From positions 1,736,001 through 1,800,000 of the forward strand of contig LSRY02000001.1 of the NCBI GenBank assembly GCA_001643675.2: a stretch of DNA of 64,000 nt, written 5' to 3'. This document shows positions 1-10,665 of this stretch, piece by piece. The DNA comes from Monocercomonoides exilis PA203 (taxonomy: Eukaryota > Protista > Preaxostyla). Each line of letters begins with the position of its first letter. Within the stretch, counting starts at the first letter, position 1. Made by a program: the position numbers and the translations under genes. The notes under the pieces were generated by a model. That model was not told where the DNA came from, ran no database searches, and saw only the letters and a program-made list of their open reading frames with translations.

Positions 1-1641
1 CTGAAGCATGTTTGTAATATGTGAAGATTCCTAAAATAGTTTTTCATCCAGAAGTTTGAAATTGGAGGATGAATGCTCGATGTTGCCAGGATATTTACAC
101 CATTAAGAAATGAATTGTTTCGAAGTTAGATGAAGAATAAATGCTATTATCCACTTCATTCTGTATGCAAATTAATGAGAAAATTTCTGATAATTAACAT
201 TTCTCCAAAATATCGGAATTTTATTATTTTTTTCACAACTTTTTTGAAAACAAATTCGAACATTTCCATTCTCAATAATGCCTGTGAAAATAAGTCGTAA
301 TTTTTACGCTGCTTTCATTAATTAGAAATTATTTTTGGCCAATTTCGCTAACCTTCAAAAGCAGCGATTGAGCTTGAAAATGCCAATGAAATAAAAGACT
401 CTCCTGGCCAGAAGCTGAAGGGAATATTGCTCGACTGTTACTAATAACATTTTTTATATGAATAATCAAGTGTTTGCTTTATTTTCAACACAAATTTTTT
501 GATTCATATTTTTGCCATATTTGGCTCAGATTTCTTAATAATCGATAATTCTGATTATTGATTGTGGAGACAAACAAAACCTTCATCGATTATACAAAGC
601 TACGAGTAATCTACAATGTAGCATTTGAAACGGGAATACACCGAAACATTTTCATGAAAAGGGCAGCTACAAAACAAGCAATTTCCATATCTCAACGAAT
701 TCATCAAAAAACGATGGATAAAATACTGTTGAAACATTTTTGAAATGATGGGAGAATATTTACAAAAGAAAGAATTATATTTGAATGTTTGATGAGAATG
801 TGAAGAAACGAGAGCGATTCGAATGAAGAAGTGCATTTTTTAGAACAACGAAAAAACAACATTTTGTTGAAAACAATGAAAGCCATGTTGAAGAAGAAAG
901 AATTACGAAAACAGTCTCAGATCTGGAATCAGAAAGGGCAAAAATGAAAGCCAGTCACGTGAAACGTATTTTCCACTTGAGAAGATAAAAAGAAGAACTG
1001 AAAATTAATTATGAATAAAAAATTGAAATGAGAAGGAAAAAAGAACATGCATCATTATCTCTATTTCTCATTTTAAAAAACAGGAAGATCAATTTCAATG
1101 GAAAATGGAGCTTGAAACTACAAATTTGGATTCAGGGGAAATGATTGGGGAAATGCTGCTGAAGAGACAAAAACAACAATCCGCCGTAACAACAATTCCT
1201 TGAGACTTTTGAACATAAAGAATATGATTCATGGTATTTTTCTTTTTCTTCTTTTCATTTTTTTGTTTTGAAATTTCCATTATATTTTCAATTTTCAGGA
1301 GCTGTTGAAATCTTGCTAAGGAAACAGATGGATTCAATGAAAGCTTAAAAATTTCATGAAAATGGTGATTGATGGAAAATGAGCTGAAAAGATGAGGCAT
1401 TTCATTCAAACAGAATCTGAAGAGAAATATGAGAATGAAAAAAAATGCGAATAAAGAGAAAAAATATATTTTTGCAACATTTTCGAAAAGAAATAATGAA
1501 ACAGTTTCTGAGTACATATTTATGAAAAAGCCGCAAGCAGAAGCTCAATTCGAAATTATGTGGGTTTGAAAGATTTATCAACATGATAAGAAATAAATAT
1601 CAAATATGGTTTATATCCATGCCCATAATAATCTTTGTGAA

Positions 1642-4600
1642 ATGATTCCTTTTGTTCTGGTTTTGCTTTTATTTTCACCTATTTGTGGAAAAGAAGAAAA
1701 TGATATCTTACGCACTGAATATGCTTCATTCGATGCTTCTGTCTCGATGAAACGTCAAGTTTCAACGAAGGGAAGCGTAATTCGGATGTTCTGCGAAATA
1801 CACAACTCGACAGCTGAATTGAAGGGGATATCACTTGAAACGCCAGAAGGTTGCTTGATGTTTGAAATAAGAGCAGGATCATTCTTAAAGGCAGAGGATT
1901 GCTTGCTGATGAAAAAAAGCAGTTTTGGCACACATTATATCTGCAATGAAGGAGCTTGCGAAATGGCAAACACTTCGCTGAGGATTGAAAAAGACAGTGA
2001 TTGCGGCTTGATGGAGGGTGTTGTGAAGTTGCTGTCAGAGGGGTCATCGCTGCTTGTGAAGAATAGCGAGTGGAAGAATGTTGCGTTTGGAGGGAGTGGA
2101 AGCATTTTGAGAAATGGAGAAGGAAGTTATGAAGGAATCAAAAACTGTGTGTTCACAAACATAACAGTGAAAAATGATAGAACAGATGAATTGCTGATCG
2201 AAAAAACTGGAAGGATGAGGAGAAGCGAATTGGAGGATTGCTTTGTTGAAAGATCGATGAATGTGCTGGAGGGAGAGATTGTGAGCGGAACACAGGGGTC
2301 TGTTTTCTTTTGGTGCAACAATTGCACATTCCTTCAAAACGAAAGAACTGATCGGAGAATGAGAAACACAGAAAGAAATTCTACAACTGAAACACAGAGC
2401 TTTATGAACGCTGAATGGAACGGATGTTCTGCTGAGTGTGGCGGAGCGCTCTATGTCCATGACAATCCTGATGCCACACTCACTGTTCTGAATTCATCTT
2501 TTGCGAAGTGCAATGCAACATCAACCAGAGGAGGTGGTATTTTTGCTTTGAATATTGCAGAATGCACCATAAAGCATTCAACATTTGTTGAGTGCTATTG
2601 CGCAGCATCTAATCACTATGGAGGAGGAGGAGCACAATTTCAAATAATAACAAATCAAATGCTTATCAACGACTGTCTATTTGCTGATGATTGGTCTGAA
2701 GATGATGGAGGTGGCTTGGCGATTGATTCAATTAAAACCACCAAATCAAAAGATTGTGTGCTGGATTCTTCATTTTATAACTGCAGCGGGCATGATACTA
2801 GAAGCACGGAGGGTGGTGCATTTCTAAATTGGGGCCCAGTTGATAAAGTTGTCACAAGAAATTGCCTTTTTCACCGTTGCAGCTCTGATTTTCGGGGTGG
2901 GGGTATTGGGATTAATGCATCGAATTATTACGGTGATCTTTTATGGTTTTGTTTTTTCCACGATAATACAGCTCCATATGCAAGTGATGTATATATATCA
3001 GATATATTATCAATTTCTCAACTTTCTTGGTGCTATTCAACTGGAGCAGACGAAAGCAGATGTTATGCAGGTGGGAACAAAGGCGAATGGCTTCCGAACA
3101 ATGGAGGGAAATGCAGGTTTGTTGGTCCAGCTCAAATTCAGACAAATGCAAAAGACACATTTAGCTGTGGGCTGAATGAATCTTGTGCGTGCCTCACAAT
3201 CAGCCATTGCATGTCCCAGTTGATTGTGGGGTTTGTGGAGGAAATGAAGGTGGTTGCTGGAACAGTTGTGGAAGAAAAAGGAGTAAATATTGGAGAGAAA
3301 ACGATCAGTGTGAAAGGGGCTTCCTCATCTGGCTCTGCCATTGAAACAAAATTCGGAGCAAATGAATTGAGTCTGTTTTATGTTGGAACAGGGGTGCTGA
3401 GCATGAGTGATCTGTCTGTGGTTCACAACACATCGCTTGAAAACAGCAGGCAATGCAGACTGTTTGAGATTGAAGGGGATGGAGGGATCAATTTGGAGAG
3501 ACTGAACATTTCGATGGATACTTCTCATTCAGAAGAGAGGAGGATTCAGAACTCGCTGGTGAAGATGGATGGAGGAGAGTTGAAGATGCAAGGTGTGAGA
3601 TGGGGTCGAACATTCGGCACCACAAATATGTTTTCTCTGCCTCAAGGATCGTCTGTTTCATTGTCTCTGGATGGCTGTGTGTTCAGCAACATTGTGAGAA
3701 CAACAGCAGGGCCATCGATGATGTGTGTGGGTGAAGGGTCACATTCGATAACTCTTGAAGGATGCACATTTGATGGTTGTGGAAGTGAGGAATCTGAATT
3801 TGGAGGGGGTTTGATGGCTGAAATAGGAAATGGTGGTTCATTAACAATGAATAGAGGTGTTGTTCAAAACTGCTATGCTTCGATCACTCAAGGGAGAGGA
3901 GGAGGAATTGGGCTGAAAGTGAAAGATACAAGTGCAGACTTTCTGATTTCATCAAGTTTTGAAGGAAACAGGGCCAAATGGGGAAGTGATATTTTTGCTG
4001 ACTCGATCGATCTGGAATTAACAGCAAAAAGTGGAAAGATAACATGTCTGACAGCTTCATTTGAAACAAGGAGCAAAATACAAGGATTTGACAAAGGGAA
4101 TGAATCAACACCAATTCCACTTTGTGCTTATCTGATTCCTTTGCCAGATGAGATTATTGTGAGCAATGCTGATGCATTTGACAACTTTTATTGCGGATAC
4201 GCTGAGATTCCATGCATGACCCTGAAGCATTCGCTGACAAGGCAAGAAGAAGAAAAGAAGATTGTTGTCAGTGGACTGATTGAAGTGAAAAATGAACTGA
4301 CGTTTGATTCCTTCAAGCACACAATCAGAGGGCAGGATGAAAACAGTGGATGGAAAGTGATTGATGAATGTGATGGAAGTGGAGAAAGCATGATAGCAGT
4401 CAGAACAAATGCTATTTTGAAATCACTCACTTTCTCTGTTCCTTCTATTCTTCCAAATCATGAAGCATTCTTCAGTTCTTCCTCACAATTATTTTCACTT
4501 GAAGATTGCTCACTGAGTTTTCAAAACTCCCAGTCAGTATTATCATATGTGTTTTTATCAGTGTCAGCGGGAAAGGTTTCTGTATCATCTTTTGTTGTAT

Positions 4601-7600
4601 TATCCTTGACAATTGGGAATTTTCCGTTGATTTGCCTTGATGGAAGCAACGTGGATGGCACTTTCGCTTCCATGAGCATTGAAGATATTTGCAGGGAGAC
4701 AAAGAGTGTTTTGTTTGGAGTGGTGAATGGAGCATCTTTAACGATTCAGGATTCAACACTTTCAGTGAAAGCATCCACACAAGCAGATTCATCATCAGCA
4801 GGATCAATTCGAGTGATTTCGACAAAAGGTGCGAAATTGATGAAGCTGACAAACAATACGATGAGCGGATTCAAGGGAATTGGAGAAAATGGAGGAGCAA
4901 TGGAATGCACACTTGAAAGTTATTGCACTCTGGAAATAGTAGGAGGGACGATGTCTGGGTGTGAGAGCAAGGGAGGGGATGGAGGAGGGTTGTGGGTTGA
5001 GATGGAAGAGGGGTCGGCATTCACTGTGGGAAACATGACAGAGGCAGACTCAGCAAAAACAACATCTTCAAATGTTGAAAGTGGTTTGTTGCAATTTGCG
5101 AGTTGCAAGGCAACACAAAGCGCAGATGGAAAGTGTGGACATGGGGGAGGGATTTATCTTCATTTGGCTGATGGAGCAAGCTCATTCACTTTGAAGGATG
5201 TTTCATTTTTTGGGTGTGATGCCAGAGAGGGGAAAGATATTTTTATTAACGCAGATGATCTTTCAGGTGTGATTGACAGAGAATCGATCAGTTTCGGAGC
5301 CGACTTGAATGAGCTAACAAAATTGAATGGATTTGAGAGATTGGGGCTGAACGAAGCATTTGCTATTCCGCTGGTCTTGTATTTGTGGAATAACTTTTCA
5401 GCTCCAGCGTTTGTGGGAGGATCATCAAGCCACGATTTTTCGATGTGTGGGTTTGAGACTTTTCCATGCTCAACAATCGCAAAGGCAGCATCAGTGCACT
5501 TTGAAGGGAAGAAAAAGGATGTTGCTCTTCTTGAGCCATTTGTCTTTGAGGAGGAATTGACCTTGACTGGAAATGAATGGAGTGTGAAAGGAAAAGAGAA
5601 TGAGATGAAATGCGATGTTTGTGATCGAATTCCAGGAACACAAAGTGGATTGATAGAGAATACGATTCCAACATCTGTGGCTGGTCTTGTGTTTTGTTTG
5701 ACGGAATCCCTGTCTTTTCATGAAAGTGTGTTTGAGTGCCATTCAGGGAAACTCACGCTGAACAAATGCGGGATGGAAGGAGGATCTGAAGGCATTTCGA
5801 CAGTGTTTGTGAAGGCTGTTGGAGGGGTTGTGGAAGTGATTGAGTTTTCAACAAAAAATTTGAAAATTGGAGATTCATCGTTTTTCATTGTTGAGGGAAG
5901 CGCTGAAAGTGTGCCTTCGATAAATATGACGAAGAGCGTTTTTGGAGAGATCTCTTTGGGAAATGGGTGTGTTGTTGAGTGTCGCAATGGAAATATCGAG
6001 AAGATAACAGGATGCACATTTTCATCGATTACTCGTTCGAAGGGAAGTGGAGGATGCATCAGCATTAGGAATGAAGATGATGGAAGCGATTATGAAGTTG
6101 AGATGTTGAACTGCAATTTCGAAGACTGTGCTGTTATTGGGGAGGAAGAAGAACGCGGAGGCGGAGGATTCTTTTATGAATCATCTGGAAATACGAATCT
6201 GCTGATGAGCAGGTGTGAGTTTTATTGTTGCACAGCGCCATATGAAGAGGAAATTGTTGGATATGGAGGAGGAATAATGATGAAAATGCTGAGAGATGAA
6301 GAGGCAGATTTTGTGATATCCTCTCCACTTTTTTCATCTGAAAAGCCAAACAATGCGAAGTTTGGGAAGGACTTGTTTATTTCATCTCCATCGCTTGTCA
6401 AGAGCATCAAGAACGAAACTCTGCCATTTGTGAAAGATCGATTGGATTTGGTGACAGAGGACTCGATGAGAGGGTTTGATGGAGGAAACAGAGAATGTGC
6501 AATCCCGCTGATCTATTTCTGGAGAAAGATTGGATCGAGTGTGCATATTGCAAGAGGAGGGAACAATGTGGTTGTGTGTGGGCTGTTGGAGTATCCATGT
6601 GCTTCTGTGGATTATGGGGTGAAGCGGGGAAGAAACTTGGGGGTGGAGTCGATTGCAGTTCAGGGGGTTTGCGATGTGAGGAGTGAAATGAGGATGAGTG
6701 GGATGAAGCTGGAAGGAGCGAATGGCGATCGGGACAGAATCGAATTTGTTCGAGCTGTTGAAGGGGAAGGTGATTGTGTTGTTGAATGCAAAGGGGTTGT
6801 TCAATTCGAAGAAGTGGGGATGGTGATTCCGACAGCCTTTGGCAATGGGGCAGGGACTCTCATGGAGACAGGCGCTGATGCAGTGAAAACGAGTGTTGTG
6901 AGTTGTGCAATCCATATGAAAGATGATGCTGAAGGAATGCTGTCATTTGTGCTGATCAGTGCCTCGAAAGGAATTGTTGAGATCGAAGAGACAAAGATAG
7001 CAGGTCTGGCATCGAGGCACGAGATTTTGAGGATATCAACTGGCTGTGTGGTGTCAATGAGCGAAACGATATTTGAGGATATTGCATTGAGCGGGATAAG
7101 TGCATTGACAATGAGTGAAAGTGAGATTTCTGGAAACGGAAATGGCAATGGAGAAGAGGAGTGGAATATTCTATTTGAGAAATGCACATTTGCGAATGTG
7201 AAGCAAAATGAGCTGAACAATCCCTCGCTCATTTGCTGCAATGCGAATGATGAAGTGAAGGTGAAAATGGAGAATTCGACAACTGATGGTTGTGGGTCTG
7301 AAAGCTCTCATGAAGGAGGAGGGGTGTTTTTCGTTCTCAATGAAAGGGGGAGATTGGAGATGAATCACACGAATGTGACAGACTGTTTCTGCTCGAACAC
7401 TGGGAGAGGCGGAGGATTGTTTTTAAAATCGCAAAGTGTCTCGCTGAAGGCATTGCCATTTGTGTTGTCAAACATCACATTCCGAAAAAACGTGGCATTG
7501 AAGGGGAGGGATGTGTTTGTGAAGTGCACAGATCTAGACTCACAGATAAGTGAATCACAATTTCTGATAAATTTTGGAGAGCCATTTGTGAAGGAGCTGG

Positions 7601-10600
7601 CGATATGGGGGTGCACCGCAGAGAATTATGGGGATGAAGAGGATCTGCTGGGGAGGGTGTTTGTGTTCAGGAGCGAATTCATATTTGTGTCATCGATTGT
7701 GGGGAACAGCAGCAACAGCAAGAATTGTGGGGAGATGAAGGGCATGTGCTCATCATTGGATGTTGGGGTGAGCCACATTATTCCTTCAGATTATTCGCAG
7801 TTGTATGTTTGGAATGAAACCAGATTAAGTGGCTCATGCTCTGCTCAGAAGGTGACGATCAAATCGATGGAAGGAAGCAGGAGCGCTGAGATAAAGGTGT
7901 GTGAAATTGAGGTGGCAGGTGAGGATGGGATAACAAGTTCAGAGTATGTTCGAGTTGAGAAAGTGTCATTTGTTTTTGGTGGAATGGAGAATGTTGTCTG
8001 TTCGAGCTTAATACACCAGCTGAACGGACATCTTATTCTCGAATCTGTTTCATTTCTGTCTGAAAGCAGAACCACAGAGAATTCACGAACATCATTTGAT
8101 TCTTCTTTATTGGTTGTTGAAGATGGGATATTTGAGGCAGAAAAGTGCATTGTTAGCTGTTTGGAATTCTCGAAGCCTGTGTTCCGAGTCTTGAGCTCAG
8201 AAAGAGCAACATTTGAGGATCTTACCATCGGGAATGCCAAGTTCACAAGCTCAGTGATTGAATGCGGCTCAAGTCAGAACATGAGTGTGCTGAGGCTGGA
8301 AGCAACAAGCATCACTCTTCAAGATAGGAGCCTGATTTCATTTGAAAACCACCAACCATCTCTGACTGTTTCATTTGTGCAATCGTTGTTTGCAAACATC
8401 AGCCGAACATCATGTGAATCTTGCATTATTTGTGGAGCTCGATCAATGGGATGTTTAGAGATGCACAATTGCTCTTTTCATGAATGCACATCGAGTTCGG
8501 TGAAGGGGAGCCAAGTGGGGATATCGTCGAATGAGAATGTGTTGATAGATTCGTGTGTGTTTGAGGGAAGCTTGCTTGTTGGTGTAAAAGAAATGAAGGG
8601 GATTTTCGATGAGATCTGCAAATGGAATGGTTCTGTTGTCGACTTGTCGAAGAGCGAAGCAGTTGTGAGAGACACAACGATATGCAACTCCTCAAAGGGA
8701 GGTTTGACTATGAGTGGAGGATCTTTGATGATTGAGAAAGGAGAATTATCAAACAACAATCCTTTCATTGAGAAATTTCCCTCTCTTCGCCGAAACATCA
8801 TTTGCTCAGATTCAGCGTCATTGACCATTTCCAGTTTAAAAGGAGGTGATGGGGCGTTGCCAAATACTTCAATTTGGATGCTGGATGATGGCTGCACAGT
8901 TGGAGGGATTATATCTGAGAGGGATTCACCGTTCTTCATCCCAGTATTGGAGAGCGTTGAAGCAAGGGAAGAAGGAGCAGAAGTGGATGTTGTGTTCAAA
9001 GGGAAGCTTCTTCTCCCGTGCAACTTGTCATTCATGGTTGTGAAGCAGATGGGAGATGAAAAACAGATAGAAAAATATGAGTTTGATGAGATTGGGCATG
9101 TGTCTGAGACAGAGGCAAATGGGAGATTGCGAAAGGAGACGATTAGGGAAGCAGAAGACGAGGCAGAGGTGAGAGTGTGCATTCTGTTTGGGGGCTCTGA
9201 TGATTTGTCATCCACTGATTCTTTCATTCTGAAGAACAAAAGTGAGACAAAATTGAAAGGAAATGAAAGGATTGCTGAAAATGGAAATGAGAAGAAGTCA
9301 TGGTGGGTTGTTGTTGTAATTTCATGCCTCATTTTCTTAATTTTACTTTCAATAATTGTTGTTTTGGCTGTTCGTTGGAGAAAAGCAAAGAATGAGAACA
9401 AAGATTTGAGAGAGATTGTGAATGACACAGTGAGGAAGGATCCGAAGCTGATTGAGATGGTGACAATGGAGATGTCTCCTGAGGAGCAATGGAGGAAGGC
9501 AGAGAGGGAGGCAGAGAAGAAGAATGAAGAGAGGATAAAGAAGAGAATATATGAGACGAATATGCAACATTCTGAATCATCAGAGCATCTTCTATCTGAG
9601 AGTGGCTCCACTGAATATATTTTGGGGAGAGATTCAGACAAGATCCCCGAATGGGTGCTGGAGAAAGTTGAGGAAGAAGATATAAGGAAGAGAACTCCAT
9701 CTCCATCCACTTCATCCACAGACACTTCAGACACAGAATCCTCTTTTGTTCGAAGGGAAGATCTGTGCCCAACAACTTCGTCAATGTCAAATTTGGTGGA
9801 TGCAATGGCCTGTTCATCTCCTCATGAGAAGCTGATTGTGGATTTGAGGGATTCGCTGTTCATGCTTCTTCATGGAAAGAACAAGACAAAAGAGATGCCG
9901 ATTGGCTCCTTGAAGGAGAGGGAGCAGACAGCTGCTCAAATCCTGTTCTGGGTGGCAAATCTTGCACTTCATTCATTTGACGAAATGGACAATCCTCTCT
10001 CATCTCTTGCCAATCTCAGTCCTCACATTGTGCTGTTCTCAGAACACATGGTGATCTGCATTGTGATGCACTCTGACTTCCTTTCTTCTGATGATGATTC
10101 AGATTCCTCATCGATCTCTTCATTAACTGTTGTCTCTTCTTCTTCCTCCAATATTTCAGTGATGAGCGAGAGATTCACAGACTCACCACCTCCTTCATCT
10201 GCCTTTGAGGAGGATGATGATATCAGAAAAGAGTGTCTGAGGTGGAAAGCACCAGAACTGCTGATGAACAAGAAGATGGGGGCAACAAAGGAATCAGTTG
10301 CCTTTTCAATTGGGATGATGCTGTGGGAATGCTTGACTTTGGAGATTCCGTTTGGGGAGTATGATGGAGATGGAGCAGGGCAGAAAATCAAAAATGGTGA
10401 AAGGCCGAATATGAAGCATGCAGAGGGAAGTGAACTCTGCGATGTGGCAAGAGGATGCTTGTCGAGCGAAGAGAGCGAGCGGCCTTTGCTTGTGGATTTG
10501 AAGAAAGTATTTGTGCAACATCTCCCGAAAGATGCGTTCATATTCACGATTGCAGATGCACTATTCACCGAGAACGCGAACAATGCGAGAAGCGGAGCAG

Positions 10601-10665
10601 AAAGTGAAACAGAAAGTGAAACAGAAGGCTGGACGACTGAGCCAGCAACCATTCGAGATCGATGA
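1642..10665 (+). CDS. Giant single-pass receptor-like protein (~3,007 aa): signal peptide, beta-helix (pectin-lyase/Pmp-like) repeat ectodomain, TM, coiled coil, C-terminal TK/TKL-like pseudokinase
   Basis: Intronless ORF 1606-10665; the likely start is ATG 1642 (MIPFVLVLLLFSPICG signal peptide). Recurrent FxxC/FxxN and GG(A/G)(I/L) motifs. Five modules begin with a VS..D...CG....PC-type motif (~3112, 4153, 5407, 6541, 7681). TM WWVVVVISCLIFLILLSIIVVLAV (9301-9372) followed by RWRK. Kinase C-lobe motifs LRWKAPE, FSIGMMLWECLTLEIPF and ERP are present; GxGxxG, VAIK, HRD and DFG are absent. Confidence 0.9.
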   Translation: MIPFVLVLLLFSPICGKEENDILRTEYASFDASVSMKRQVSTKGSVIRMFCEIHNSTAELKGISLETPEGCLMFEIRAGSFLKAEDCLLMKKSSFGTHYICNEGACEMANTSLRIEKDSDCGLMEGVVKLLSEGSSLLVKNSEWKNVAFGGSGSILRNGEGSYEGIKNCVFTNITVKNDRTDELLIEKTGRMRRSELEDCFVERSMNVLEGEIVSGTQGSVFFWCNNCTFLQNERTDRRMRNTERNSTTETQSFMNAEWNGCSAECGGALYVHDNPDATLTVLNSSFAKCNATSTRGGGIFALNIAECTIKHSTFVECYCAASNHYGGGGAQFQIITNQMLINDCLFADDWSEDDGGGLAIDSIKTTKSKDCVLDSSFYNCSGHDTRSTEGGAFLNWGPVDKVVTRNCLFHRCSSDFRGGGIGINASNYYGDLLWFCFFHDNTAPYASDVYISDILSISQLSWCYSTGADESRCYAGGNKGEWLPNNGGKCRFVGPAQIQTNAKDTFSCGLNESCACLTISHCMSQLIVGFVEEMKVVAGTVVEEKGVNIGEKTISVKGASSSGSAIETKFGANELSLFYVGTGVLSMSDLSVVHNTSLENSRQCRLFEIEGDGGINLERLNISMDTSHSEERRIQNSLVKMDGGELKMQGVRWGRTFGTTNMFSLPQGSSVSLSLDGCVFSNIVRTTAGPSMMCVGEGSHSITLEGCTFDGCGSEESEFGGGLMAEIGNGGSLTMNRGVVQNCYASITQGRGGGIGLKVKDTSADFLISSSFEGNRAKWGSDIFADSIDLELTAKSGKITCLTASFETRSKIQGFDKGNESTPIPLCAYLIPLPDEIIVSNADAFDNFYCGYAEIPCMTLKHSLTRQEEEKKIVVSGLIEVKNELTFDSFKHTIRGQDENSGWKVIDECDGSGESMIAVRTNAILKSLTFSVPSILPNHEAFFSSSSQLFSLEDCSLSFQNSQSVLSYVFLSVSAGKVSVSSFVVLSLTIGNFPLICLDGSNVDGTFASMSIEDICRETKSVLFGVVNGASLTIQDSTLSVKASTQADSSSAGSIRVISTKGAKLMKLTNNTMSGFKGIGENGGAMECTLESYCTLEIVGGTMSGCESKGGDGGGLWVEMEEGSAFTVGNMTEADSAKTTSSNVESGLLQFASCKATQSADGKCGHGGGIYLHLADGASSFTLKDVSFFGCDAREGKDIFINADDLSGVIDRESISFGADLNELTKLNGFERLGLNEAFAIPLVLYLWNNFSAPAFVGGSSSHDFSMCGFETFPCSTIAKAASVHFEGKKKDVALLEPFVFEEELTLTGNEWSVKGKENEMKCDVCDRIPGTQSGLIENTIPTSVAGLVFCLTESLSFHESVFECHSGKLTLNKCGMEGGSEGISTVFVKAVGGVVEVIEFSTKNLKIGDSSFFIVEGSAESVPSINMTKSVFGEISLGNGCVVECRNGNIEKITGCTFSSITRSKGSGGCISIRNEDDGSDYEVEMLNCNFEDCAVIGEEEERGGGGFFYESSGNTNLLMSRCEFYCCTAPYEEEIVGYGGGIMMKMLRDEEADFVISSPLFSSEKPNNAKFGKDLFISSPSLVKSIKNETLPFVKDRLDLVTEDSMRGFDGGNRECAIPLIYFWRKIGSSVHIARGGNNVVVCGLLEYPCASVDYGVKRGRNLGVESIAVQGVCDVRSEMRMSGMKLEGANGDRDRIEFVRAVEGEGDCVVECKGVVQFEEVGMVIPTAFGNGAGTLMETGADAVKTSVVSCAIHMKDDAEGMLSFVLISASKGIVEIEETKIAGLASRHEILRISTGCVVSMSETIFEDIALSGISALTMSESEISGNGNGNGEEEWNILFEKCTFANVKQNELNNPSLICCNANDEVKVKMENSTTDGCGSESSHEGGGVFFVLNERGRLEMNHTNVTDCFCSNTGRGGGLFLKSQSVSLKALPFVLSNITFRKNVALKGRDVFVKCTDLDSQISESQFLINFGEPFVKELAIWGCTAENYGDEEDLLGRVFVFRSEFIFVSSIVGNSSNSKNCGEMKGMCSSLDVGVSHIIPSDYSQLYVWNETRLSGSCSAQKVTIKSMEGSRSAEIKVCEIEVAGEDGITSSEYVRVEKVSFVFGGMENVVCSSLIHQLNGHLILESVSFLSESRTTENSRTSFDSSLLVVEDGIFEAEKCIVSCLEFSKPVFRVLSSERATFEDLTIGNAKFTSSVIECGSSQNMSVLRLEATSITLQDRSLISFENHQPSLTVSFVQSLFANISRTSCESCIICGARSMGCLEMHNCSFHECTSSSVKGSQVGISSNENVLIDSCVFEGSLLVGVKEMKGIFDEICKWNGSVVDLSKSEAVVRDTTICNSSKGGLTMSGGSLMIEKGELSNNNPFIEKFPSLRRNIICSDSASLTISSLKGGDGALPNTSIWMLDDGCTVGGIISERDSPFFIPVLESVEAREEGAEVDVVFKGKLLLPCNLSFMVVKQMGDEKQIEKYEFDEIGHVSETEANGRLRKETIREAEDEAEVRVCILFGGSDDLSSTDSFILKNKSETKLKGNERIAENGNEKKSWWVVVVISCLIFLILLSIIVVLAVRWRKAKNENKDLREIVNDTVRKDPKLIEMVTMEMSPEEQWRKAEREAEKKNEERIKKRIYETNMQHSESSEHLLSESGSTEYILGRDSDKIPEWVLEKVEEEDIRKRTPSPSTSSTDTSDTESSFVRREDLCPTTSSMSNLVDAMACSSPHEKLIVDLRDSLFMLLHGKNKTKEMPIGSLKEREQTAAQILFWVANLALHSFDEMDNPLSSLANLSPHIVLFSEHMVICIVMHSDFLSSDDDSDSSSISSLTVVSSSSSNISVMSERFTDSPPPSSAFEEDDDIRKECLRWKAPELLMNKKMGATKESVAFSIGMMLWECLTLEIPFGEYDGDGAGQKIKNGERPNMKHAEGSELCDVARGCLSSEESERPLLVDLKKVFVQHLPKDAFIFTIADALFTENANNARSGAESETESETEGWTTEPATIRDR

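Noticed and set aside
1-1600. Short ORFs and coding-like patches upstream of the first receptor gene
   Set aside because: No consistent frame, splice model or recognisable motif could be built; it may be a decayed gene but this is unsupported.
8478-10652. Long antisense ORFs (418 and 209 aa; also 44652-45824)
   Set aside because: Shadows of the sense genes' codon bias; the products have no recognisable domain, and recurrence follows from the near-identical sense DNA.
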